Assembly (NCBI GenBank): GCA_045863235.1 | Contig: BTUM01000063.1 | Span: 1 to 47,608 of the forward strand | Source: Candidatus Xenobia bacterium | GTDB lineage: Bacteria; Vulcanimicrobiota; Xenobia; Xenobiales; QWHO01 | Direction: 5' to 3' | DNA: 47,608 nt | Shown: positions 35,587 to 43,841 of the stretch, piece by piece | Layout: each line of letters opens with the position of its first letter | Numbering within the stretch: position 1 is the stretch's first letter | Made by a program: the position numbers and the translations under genes | The notes under the pieces: model-generated | Database searches by the model: none | What the model saw: only the letters and a program-made list of their open reading frames with translations | Told to the model about the DNA's origin: nothing

Positions 35587-36178
35587 AAAGCTCGGCAAAC
35601 GCCTGCTGGATCTGACTCTGAGCTCGATCGTACTGAGCCTCTCCTGGCCCCTGCTGCTCCTCCTCCACTGGCTGGTGCGGCGCAATCTGGGCTCACCAGC
35701 CCTCTTTGCTCAACCCCGACTGGGCAAGGACGGCCGGGTTTTCACTCTCTACAAGTTTCGAACGATGACCGACGAGCGCGACGCCAACGGGGAGTTGCTG
35801 CCAGACTCCGAACGGTTGACCCGTTTCGGCCGATTCCTGCGCTCCTCCAGTCTGGATGAGCTGCCCGAGCTCTTCAACGTGCTGGCAGGAGAGATGAGCC
35901 TGATCGGGCCCAGGCCCCTGCTGGTGCAGTATCGAGACCGCTACAGCCCGGAGCAGTGGAGACGTCACGAGGTGCTACCGGGCATCACCGGCCTGACCCA
36001 GGTCAGCGGCCGCAACCTGCTGACCTGGGAGGAGAAGTTTCGCCTGGACGTCTTCTACGTCGACCACCAGAGCTTCTGGCTCGACTGCAGCATTCTTTTC
36101 AAGACGGCGCTGAAGGTGCTCGTGCGAGAGGGAATCTCCGCTCCGGGCAGCGAGACCTCTCCGGAGTTTACTCGATGA
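35576..36178 (+). CDS. Monotopic phosphoglycosyl transferase (PglC-like sugar transferase)
   Basis: KRLLD, KFRTM, LR..SLDELPEL.NVL.GEMSLIGPRPLL, PGITGL.QV.GRN; GTG start 35576. Confidence 0.92.
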   Translation: MLYRKLGKRLLDLTLSSIVLSLSWPLLLLLHWLVRRNLGSPALFAQPRLGKDGRVFTLYKFRTMTDERDANGELLPDSERLTRFGRFLRSSSLDELPELFNVLAGEMSLIGPRPLLVQYRDRYSPEQWRRHEVLPGITGLTQVSGRNLLTWEEKFRLDVFYVDHQSFWLDCSILFKTALKVLVREGISAPGSETSPEFTR

Positions 36179-36831
36179 GAGACGTTGTCATCGTCGGCGC
36201 CGGTGGGCACGGGCGGGAGACGGCCGAGATCCTGGCGGCCAGTGCGGCCGCCGGGGGCAGCTATCGTCCCGTTGGTTTCATCGACCAGGCCCCCGAGTTG
36301 CTGGGGAAGACCATCAACGGTCTCCCCGTCCTGGGGGAACCCGCCTGGCTGCGAAACCGTCTCGACCTGGCGGTGGTGGTGGCCCTCGGCAATCCCGTGG
36401 TGCTGCACCGGGTGGTGGGCGAGATGAGGGCCATGGGTCTGGACTTTGCGCAGGCCATCTCACCCGGCGCCCTCGTCTCCCCCACCGCCGAGCTCGGTCC
36501 GGGGGTGATCCTCTTTGCCGGCTCGATCGTCAACGCCAATGCTCGCATCGGGGCCTGCACCACCCTCAATGTGGGCGCCACAGTGAGTCACGACTCGGTT
36601 GTGGGCGAGTGTTGCCTGCTGAATCCGGGAGCTCGTCTGGCGGGGAATGTCCGGGTCGGGGAGGGAAGCTTCATCGGGATGGGAGCCAACGTCATCCAGG
36701 GGCGGACGATCGGCCGCTGGACCACGGTGGGAGCAGGCGCGGCCGTAGTGCGCGACCTGCCTGACCATGTCACCGCGGTCGGCGTGCCGGCTCGAGTCAT
36801 CAAGAGAAAGGCGGACGGAGAGGATGGATAA
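36175..36831 (+). CDS. PglD/NeuD-type sugar acetyltransferase
   Basis: GAGGHG N-terminal domain, hexapeptide repeats, VSHD, GAGAAVVRD...GVPAR. Confidence 0.9.
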   Translation: MRDVVIVGAGGHGRETAEILAASAAAGGSYRPVGFIDQAPELLGKTINGLPVLGEPAWLRNRLDLAVVVALGNPVVLHRVVGEMRAMGLDFAQAISPGALVSPTAELGPGVILFAGSIVNANARIGACTTLNVGATVSHDSVVGECCLLNPGARLAGNVRVGEGSFIGMGANVIQGRTIGRWTTVGAGAAVVRDLPDHVTAVGVPARVIKRKADGEDG

Positions 36832-37990
36832 ACCCGCGATCCACGGCGGCAAGCCGATGTTCGAGCAGAGGGTCAACATCGTCCGACCAGTCCTGCCCCG
36901 GCTAGAGACCATGGCGGCCGACATCCAGGGCTTCCTGAGCACCGGCATGGTCACCAAGGGCGTCCACCTGAAACGGTTCGAGGAAGCTTGCGCCGAGCAC
37001 CTGGGCGTCAAGCACGCGGTGGGCGTCTCCAGTTGCACCTCCGGCTTGATGCTGGCCTACCCGGCTCTGGGCCTGGCTGGCTGCGAGGTCCTCGTGCCCA
37101 GCTTCACCTTCATGGCCAGCGTCAGCTCCATGGTGTGGAACCAGATGACTCCGGTCTTTGTGGATATCGACTACCAGTCGGCCAATGTCGACCCGGCCTC
37201 GCTGGAGGCGGCCATCACCCCTCGAACACGCGCCATCGTGGCTGTGCACACCTTTGGCAACCCGGCTCAGGTCGAAGCCCTCGAGGCTCTGGCCCGCAAG
37301 CACAATTTGAAGGTGGTGTATGATGCGGCCCATGGTTTTGGCTCGCTCTATCAGGGTAAGACCCTGGGCCGCTTCGGGGACGTGCAGGCCTACAGCCTGA
37401 GCCCCAGCAAACTGGTGATCGCGGGCGAGGGGGGAATTGTGGCCACCAACTCGGACGAGGTGGCCGCGTACGTCCGCCTGGGTCGCGAGTATGGCAACGA
37501 TGGCAAATATGACAGTGCCTTCGCCGGGATGAATGCCCGCCTGGGCGAGTTCAACGCCGTGCTGGGCCTGGCCAGCCTGAGCATGCTCGACCAGGCGGTT
37601 CGACGGCGCAACGAGTATGTGGAGATCTACCGCCAGCAGCTCCATCAGGTTCCCGGCCTCAGCTTCCAGTCGGTGGCCAGCGGGAATCGAAGCTCTTACA
37701 AGGACTTCTGTCTCATGGTGGAGAGCGAACGCTTCGGGCTGAGTCGCGATCGGCTCAGCGAGGCCCTGCAGGCCGAGAACATCGACACTCGGCACTACTT
37801 CGACCCGGCCGCCCACAACCAGACAGCCTACCGGAAGTTCTACACCGGGCAACCACTGCCCCAGACCGCTCGACTCGAGAAGGAGGCGCTCAGCCTGCCC
37901 CTCTGGTCTGAGATGGACGAGGGGGTGATCGAGAAGATCGCCCGGGCTATCGTCCGCATCCACGAGCACGCCGTAGCCGCCAAAGCTTAG
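36824..37990 (+). CDS. DegT/DnrJ/EryC1/StrS sugar aminotransferase
   Basis: VPSFTF, VHTFG, YDAAHGFG, SLSPSK (PLP Lys), GEGG, LSLPL. Confidence 0.92.
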   Translation: MDKPAIHGGKPMFEQRVNIVRPVLPRLETMAADIQGFLSTGMVTKGVHLKRFEEACAEHLGVKHAVGVSSCTSGLMLAYPALGLAGCEVLVPSFTFMASVSSMVWNQMTPVFVDIDYQSANVDPASLEAAITPRTRAIVAVHTFGNPAQVEALEALARKHNLKVVYDAAHGFGSLYQGKTLGRFGDVQAYSLSPSKLVIAGEGGIVATNSDEVAAYVRLGREYGNDGKYDSAFAGMNARLGEFNAVLGLASLSMLDQAVRRRNEYVEIYRQQLHQVPGLSFQSVASGNRSSYKDFCLMVESERFGLSRDRLSEALQAENIDTRHYFDPAAHNQTAYRKFYTGQPLPQTARLEKEALSLPLWSEMDEGVIEKIARAIVRIHEHAVAAKA

Positions 37991-38081
37991 TGCCGACCAG
38001 CAGGCAGGCCCATTCCACCCGGTAGCTTCTTTTCAAGACGGTTTGCAGGACAAAGTATATTTGTAACAGAAAGTTCTTTCC

Positions 38082-39053
38082 ATGACCAGAATGCAACGCT
38101 TGCTCTCGCTTGCCGCCTGGGGCTACCTGGGATGCCTGCTCCTTCTCCCGCTGGTCTGGGCCTGGCGGGGGGAGCGGCAGTGGCTGCTGGCTCTGTTGAG
38201 GTACTCGCCGGCCCTCTGCTATCTGATTCCCCTGGCCCTCCTGCTGGGGCTGGGCCTGGTCACCAAAAAGCCCATCCCTCGTCTCCCCCTGGTGGCATCC
38301 GCACTGGTGGTGCTGGCCCTCTACGCCAGCCCCGTGCTCAGTCTGAGCTCACCAGGCCGCGGCCAGCTGAAGGTTTTGACCTACAACATCCTGGCCGGTC
38401 GCATGCAGGAGTCGGATGAGCTCTCCCGATTCCTCAAGCGTCAGAACTGCGACCTGATCCTGCTTCAGGAGGTCTACACGGCTCCCTTCAGAGCAGATCC
38501 GCTGCCACCCATCCAGGCCGCGCTGGGCGATTTCCATATGGTGCGCGGCGGCGAAGTCGGCGAACTGGTCATCTTCTCACGCTTCCCGATCCGAAAGTGG
38601 CAGGAATTCGAGCTGGGCTACAGCCGACCGGGCCTGTGGGCGGACGTCGAGATGGGCGAAAAGGTGGTGCGCGTCTACAATGTGCACTACGACCACTTCG
38701 ACAAACTGCGCACACGCGGGGTACGGAAACTCCTGCGCGAGACGGCCATGGCCCGATTCAAGCAGACCAACCAGCTGGAAGCCGAATTGAGCCGTTGGGA
38801 CGGACCGGTCATCCTGGCCGGCGACTTCAACAGCCCGCCCGACTCGGACACCCCTACCCGTCTGAGGACCCGCCTGCAGGACGCCTTTGCCCTGTCCGGG
38901 CGCGGGTTGGGGCAAACCTTTCCCAGCTTCTTCCCCCTCTGGCGCATCGACTACGTCTATGCCAGCCGCCACTTTGCCGTCAGGCAAGCGAGTCCGGTGC
39001 GGGTGACCTGGTCGGATCACCGACCGGTGCGAGCCGAGCTCGACCTGATTTGA
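38082..39053 (+). CDS. Membrane-anchored endonuclease/exonuclease/phosphatase (EEP) protein, paralog 1
   Basis: 3 TM segments, LKVLTYN, LQE, GDFNSPP, RIDYVY, SDHRPV. Confidence 0.9.
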   Translation: MTRMQRLLSLAAWGYLGCLLLLPLVWAWRGERQWLLALLRYSPALCYLIPLALLLGLGLVTKKPIPRLPLVASALVVLALYASPVLSLSSPGRGQLKVLTYNILAGRMQESDELSRFLKRQNCDLILLQEVYTAPFRADPLPPIQAALGDFHMVRGGEVGELVIFSRFPIRKWQEFELGYSRPGLWADVEMGEKVVRVYNVHYDHFDKLRTRGVRKLLRETAMARFKQTNQLEAELSRWDGPVILAGDFNSPPDSDTPTRLRTRLQDAFALSGRGLGQTFPSFFPLWRIDYVYASRHFAVRQASPVRVTWSDHRPVRAELDLI

Positions 39054-39973
39054 CCCGGCTGCTCTGGGCCTATCTAGGCCTCTTGTTGCTTCTGCCCTGC
39101 CTTTGGGCCTGGCTGGGCGAGCGGCACTGGCTGCTGGTGCTGCTGCGTTACCTCCCCGCCGTCTGCTATCTCGTTCCGCTCCTCTTGATCTTGCTGGTCA
39201 GAAGGCCTCTGCCGCCTGCGCTCGTGCTGTTGACCCTGCTGGTCTACCTCGGCCTCTACTCGGGCCTGGCTCTGAACTGGCCTCGCTCGGGCCAGTTGAA
39301 GGTGCTGACCTGGAACATCCATGCTGGCGTTGACGGCCTCAAACAGGTGCAGGAGACTCTCCTCAGCCAGGCAGCCGACATCGTGCTGCTCCAGGAAGCG
39401 CGCCGGCCGGCTCGAGGTGGAGAAGACCCGCTCCCCCGACTGACGGAGGGCTATCACTTCGCCCGCGGGGGCTCGGCGGGCGAGTTGGCCATCTTGAGTC
39501 GGTCTCCCATCCTGCGCAGCGGCGAGTTGCCTTCGGCGGGGTGGCGGCCTGGACTTTTCGCCGACCTCGACCTTGGCCAGGCCCGCCTGCGAGTCATCAA
39601 CGTGCACTATTTGACCGGAGCTCCGGGGCAACACCTTGGCTCCAGCCGACAAGGGAGGCGCGCCTACCTGGTGAGCACCGCCGAAGTGCGCCGCCAGCAG
39701 ACCATGGCCCTCGAAAAGGCACTGGAGGGCTGGACCGGCGGGGTTCTCATCGGGGGCGACTTCAACAGTCCGCCCGGTTCGTTCACGCACAGAAGGCTGT
39801 CGTCTCGCTGGCACGACTCCCACGCTCGCGCCGGACTCGGCTTCGGTCTGACCTACCCGGCCCGCACGCCGCTCTGGCGCATCGATTTCCTGTTCTCGAG
39901 CATGACTCCACTCAGCTCGCTTTCGCTCGAGACGCAGGGCTCGGACCACCGGATCGTGGTGGCCGAGTATTGA
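39050..39973 (+). CDS. Membrane-anchored EEP protein, paralog 2
   Basis: TTG 39050 overlaps the upstream TGA; LKVLTWN, LQE, GDFNSPP, RIDFLF, SDHR. Confidence 0.88.
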   Translation: MTRLLWAYLGLLLLLPCLWAWLGERHWLLVLLRYLPAVCYLVPLLLILLVRRPLPPALVLLTLLVYLGLYSGLALNWPRSGQLKVLTWNIHAGVDGLKQVQETLLSQAADIVLLQEARRPARGGEDPLPRLTEGYHFARGGSAGELAILSRSPILRSGELPSAGWRPGLFADLDLGQARLRVINVHYLTGAPGQHLGSSRQGRRAYLVSTAEVRRQQTMALEKALEGWTGGVLIGGDFNSPPGSFTHRRLSSRWHDSHARAGLGFGLTYPARTPLWRIDFLFSSMTPLSSLSLETQGSDHRIVVAEY

Positions 39974-40006
39974 AGGGGGTTTTTAAAAAGCCGGGAACCC
40001 CAGACC

Positions 40007-40828
40007 GTGGCCTCAGCCCTGCCCATTTACCAGGTGGATGCTTTCACTCACCAGCCCTTCCGGGGCAACCCGGCCGGCGTCTGCATCACCGATCAGCCGC
40101 TGAGCCAGGCCCTGATGCAGCAGATCGCGGCCGAGCTCAATCTCTCCGAGACCGCTTTCGCGGTCCCCGAGGGTGCCGAGGGCTCGTATCACCTGCGCTG
40201 GTTCACCCCGGTCTGCGAGGTCAAGCTGTGCGGGCACGCCACCCTGGCCACCGCCAAGGTGCTGTTCGAAAGCACCGCTTTGAGCCAGGTGCGCTTTCGC
40301 ACCCTGAGCGGCGAGCTGCAGGTGGTGCGTCAGGGGGATCAGCTCACCATGGCCCTGCCGGTCGACTCTCCCGAGCCGGTTCCCCATCCCATCGGGCTCA
40401 ATGAAGCCCTGGGTGCTCAGACCATCTCCGAGCTGCGGTTGGGACGCGACAGTCGCAAGCTGCTGGTGCGACTGGACAACCCGGCCGAGCTCGTGCCGCT
40501 GAGACCGAACTTCGGGCTGCTGGCCGAGTTGGAGCGGCGACTCGAGCTGAACGGCTTCATCGCAACCTGCGAAGGAGCCGGCGAGACCCATTTCATGTCC
40601 CGCTTTTTCGGGCCCGGAGTGGGCATCAACGAAGACCCGGTGACCGGCTCGGCCCACACCTTGCTAGCCCCCTACTGGTCGCGCAAGCTGGGCCTGCGCC
40701 GCATGCACGCCTACCAGGCTTCGCCGCGCGGTGGCTGGCTGGATGTGGAGCTGTTCGATGACCGGGTGGAGCTGACAGGCTCGGCCGTGATTGTCATGGA
40801 GAGCCGGCTCTTTACCAACGGGACATAA
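40007..40828 (+). CDS. PhzF family isomerase/epimerase
   Basis: QVDAFT..PF.GNPAGV, NLSETAF, LRWFTP..EV.LCGHATLA, EDPVTGSAH. Confidence 0.93.
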   Translation: MASALPIYQVDAFTHQPFRGNPAGVCITDQPLSQALMQQIAAELNLSETAFAVPEGAEGSYHLRWFTPVCEVKLCGHATLATAKVLFESTALSQVRFRTLSGELQVVRQGDQLTMALPVDSPEPVPHPIGLNEALGAQTISELRLGRDSRKLLVRLDNPAELVPLRPNFGLLAELERRLELNGFIATCEGAGETHFMSRFFGPGVGINEDPVTGSAHTLLAPYWSRKLGLRRMHAYQASPRGGWLDVELFDDRVELTGSAVIVMESRLFTNGT

Positions 40829-40829
40829 C

Positions 40830-41345
40830 GTGCGCCGTCTGGCCATGATCGCCCGCTGGAAGCCGGTTCACCTGGGCCACGCAGCCGTGCTGCAGGCCCT
40901 GGTGGAGCAGGCCGAGGAGGTACTCATCGGAATCGGCAGCTCCAACAAGTATGACGCCGCCAATCCCTTCACGCCGTCCGAGTCGGCCGAGATGATCGCT
41001 CTGGTGCTGCCCGGCGCCTCCAACTACCGCCTGCTGGAAGTGCCCGACCTGGGCCACGGTCCCAGCTGGAGGGCCATGGTGACCGAGATGCTCGGGCCGC
41101 TCGACCTCTTCGTGACCGCAAACGACTACGTCCAAAGCCTGCTCGAGCAAGACTACCGGGTGGCGCACCCGGTCACCCTGGTGCCTCCCCACCGAAGGGT
41201 GGCCGTGGATGCCACCATGGTGCGGCGGGCCATGGCCCGCGGAGAAGATTGGGAGGAGCTGGTTCCGGCGGTGGTGGCCACCTACCTCAAGAGAAACGGG
41301 TTGGTGGAGCGGCTGGTGCGCGAGTTCGGAGACGTGCTGCGGTGA
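40830..41345 (+). CDS. Nucleotidyltransferase, NMN adenylyltransferase (NadM)-like
   Basis: ARWKPVHLGH (HxGH), IGIGSSN, NPFT..E, ATMVRRAM..G..WEELVP..V. Confidence 0.75.
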   Translation: MRRLAMIARWKPVHLGHAAVLQALVEQAEEVLIGIGSSNKYDAANPFTPSESAEMIALVLPGASNYRLLEVPDLGHGPSWRAMVTEMLGPLDLFVTANDYVQSLLEQDYRVAHPVTLVPPHRRVAVDATMVRRAMARGEDWEELVPAVVATYLKRNGLVERLVREFGDVLR

Positions 41346-42094
41346 GGGTCGGGACTTACGAAGTTATCCGGGAACTGGGCGAGGGTGGTTTTGCCACCAC
41401 CTACGAAGCGCGCCACAGCCTGCTGGGCACCCGGGCCTGTCTCAAGGTCTGTCGTCAGGCCAGCGACGAAGACCTGATGCTGGAGGAGGCCCGCATCCTG
41501 TGGGACCTGCACCACCCCTCGCTGCCCACGCTGCGTGACGTGTTGCGCGACCCGGCCGGACGGCTCACCCTGGTGATGCGCTTCGTGGAGGGCCAGTCGC
41601 TGGAGGCGGCTACCCCCATCGACCTGGCCACCGCCGTCCAGGTGCTGGGGCGACTGCTGCGGGCCCTGCGGGTGCTGCACCACCGGGGCATCGTGCACAA
41701 CGACGTCAAGCCGGCCAACATCGTGCTCGAGCCCGACCGCCACGGGGTGGTGCTGGTCGACTTCGGGGTCTCCACCGTGCGCCCCCGGGCCAGCTCCTCG
41801 GCTCCGGGCTTCTCGGACGTGTTCGCCGCTCCGGAGGTGGTCGAGGGGCGTCCCCCCTTGCCCGAGTCCGACCTCTATTCGCTGGGCCTGTCGGTTCTGA
41901 GCGCGCTGGGCGGCGATCCCGAGAGCCGCGTTCTGCCCGAGGGCGTGAGCGAGCCTTTCCTGGAGCTGCTGGTGGCGCTCACGCGCAGGGCCCCCGAACG
42001 TCGGCCCCGCTGGGGACACGAAGATCCGCTGCGCTGGCTGGACCGGCTGATGCCCGCGCTCCCTCCTGCGCGCTCACGCTATTCCAGCGAGTAG
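41342..42094 (+). CDS. Stand-alone Ser/Thr protein kinase
   Basis: LGEGGFATTY, CLK, EARIL, HNDVKPANI, DFG, APE, DLYSLG; GTGA-coupled to the upstream gene. Confidence 0.9.
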   Translation: MRVGTYEVIRELGEGGFATTYEARHSLLGTRACLKVCRQASDEDLMLEEARILWDLHHPSLPTLRDVLRDPAGRLTLVMRFVEGQSLEAATPIDLATAVQVLGRLLRALRVLHHRGIVHNDVKPANIVLEPDRHGVVLVDFGVSTVRPRASSSAPGFSDVFAAPEVVEGRPPLPESDLYSLGLSVLSALGGDPESRVLPEGVSEPFLELLVALTRRAPERRPRWGHEDPLRWLDRLMPALPPARSRYSSE

Positions 42095-43782
42095 AGCAGG
42101 GCCGTGCAGTCGATGGTATCGCCCAGGCTGACCGTTCCGCCCGAGCGATCATGGATCCCGCGGCTGGGCACGAAGAAGATCGTGTTCCCCTGTCCGTCTT
42201 CGAAGTACCAGTCGCGGGCAACCCGGACCCGCTCGCTTTCCGTCAGGCCGTAGCGCGCCTGCACGGCGTCGGCAAACTTCTGCACCGCCGCCAGGCACTT
42301 GCCCTCCACCAGCGGCAGCACAGGCCACATCTCGTCATTCCTGGCGATTTGGCCGGACTCGTTGGTGGCCTTCATGCTGGCCAGCTGGCGGGCTCGCATG
42401 AGAGCCAGCACCGTGCGCTCCTTATCCTTGGGAGTACGAGCGACCACCAGGTCGCCCTCGCGGCCATGCACGTGAACGCGCTCGAGCCCCATGGTTTGCT
42501 TGAGCTGCAGCGCACCGGCCAGCAGGTTGACTGGCTTCTCCAAAATCTCACGGTCGGAGCCGCTGACCGGTCCACTGTAGGCGGGCTCGAGATGCTCGAG
42601 CAGGGCAGGGACCTCAACTGAGTTGAGCGACATCGAATCCACGAAGGGGGCTACCTGCTCCATCACCGCCTTCTCATTGGCCGGGTCCTTGGGCTTGACA
42701 TACTGCAGGTGGAAGAGGCACTCGGGGTTGGCCTGCTTCATCACCGACAGATCCCGAGCCAGCTCGCCTGCCAGGGTCAAATCTCCCCTGGTCAGATAGT
42801 GCGTTCCCGCGAAGAAGAAGAGCTGCTTGCCCTGGATGGTCTGCCGCAGCACCTCATCGGAGGCCGTCCCAAAACCGATCTCCTGATTCCCCGGCGTGCT
42901 CAGGATGACTCGCCCGCTGGGCCCTCCCGCCTTGCTGGAATACTCGGCGATGTAATTGACCCGGTCGTGCTGGGCGGGATCCACCGCCTGCCGGGGTGTG
43001 CGCTGGCGCCCCTGCTCGTCAAGCACGGCCACTTGCGGATGCATTCCGGCCGCCACTGTGGGGGGCAGACCGCCCAGGGCCCAGAAGGCAGCTCGCACGT
43101 TGGGCTGCATGGCGGCCAGATTGGCGCAGAAGGCACCGGCTCCGCCCATGGCCTGGCTGGTAAAAACCATCTGATGGCGCAGGGTGCGGGTCAACCAGTC
43201 GGCTGCACGGGCGTCCAGGTTGAGCTGCTCGGAGGCGCCCTGGCCGTTCAGGGCGGCTGAAAGACCCTCCACCACGGCCGGCTCGGCCCCCTCGCTCAGA
43301 CGAAGACGCTCGAGCAGCGTCGGGGTCAGCGAGAACTTGGCGTCGGTCAGGCGGGTGAAGCCAAAGAGAGCCTCGGTCGGAACCGGCTTGAGACGCTGAG
43401 CCCTCTCGGCCCGATCGATGGCGCGCACCATGTCGCTGGTCTGGACCCGGGCATCCAGCTCGCGAGCGATGAGCAGCTCGGTGCGGGCCAGCTTTCCCAG
43501 GGGCTCATCCAGAGCCAGGCCCCGGCTGGCAAAGTGAGCCTCGGCCTCGCGCTGGGCCGCTCGGGGCCAGTTCAGGTCATGGAGGGTCAGCAGGACGGGG
43601 GTTCCGGCCAGCGGCAGCGTGACCGGGGCGATGGCCGAGCGCAACAGCGCCGACACGCAAAAGAGCGGCATCGACGTGGGGTAGAAGATGTCCCGGGCAG
43701 GATCGCTCGTGGGGACAGGACCCGCGGCCGACCGGGGACGGGAGGTCCAGGACACAGCCGTGGCGAGCGGGGTGACTTGCAT
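42079..43782 (-). CDS. ADP-dependent glucokinase/phosphofructokinase family protein (ribokinase superfamily) with N-terminal extension
   Basis: MGGAGAFCANLA, VNYIAEY, HLQY, SLNSVE (NxxE), RVHVHG, TVSLGDTI (anion hole and catalytic Asp); start uncertain. Confidence 0.7.
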   Translation of the reverse strand: MQVTPLATAVSWTSRPRSAAGPVPTSDPARDIFYPTSMPLFCVSALLRSAIAPVTLPLAGTPVLLTLHDLNWPRAAQREAEAHFASRGLALDEPLGKLARTELLIARELDARVQTSDMVRAIDRAERAQRLKPVPTEALFGFTRLTDAKFSLTPTLLERLRLSEGAEPAVVEGLSAALNGQGASEQLNLDARAADWLTRTLRHQMVFTSQAMGGAGAFCANLAAMQPNVRAAFWALGGLPPTVAAGMHPQVAVLDEQGRQRTPRQAVDPAQHDRVNYIAEYSSKAGGPSGRVILSTPGNQEIGFGTASDEVLRQTIQGKQLFFFAGTHYLTRGDLTLAGELARDLSVMKQANPECLFHLQYVKPKDPANEKAVMEQVAPFVDSMSLNSVEVPALLEHLEPAYSGPVSGSDREILEKPVNLLAGALQLKQTMGLERVHVHGREGDLVVARTPKDKERTVLALMRARQLASMKATNESGQIARNDEMWPVLPLVEGKCLAAVQKFADAVQARYGLTESERVRVARDWYFEDGQGNTIFFVPSRGIHDRSGGTVSLGDTIDCTALLYSLE

Positions 43783-43841
43783 GCATGGCGAGTATGCCCA
43801 CCGGGGCGGAAAGAAGCCTGAAAGCGGAGAACGCAGCAATC

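Noticed and set aside
39974..40006. Palindrome ggtttttaaaaagcc as a regulatory site
   Set aside because: Too short, single occurrence and no matching known operator.
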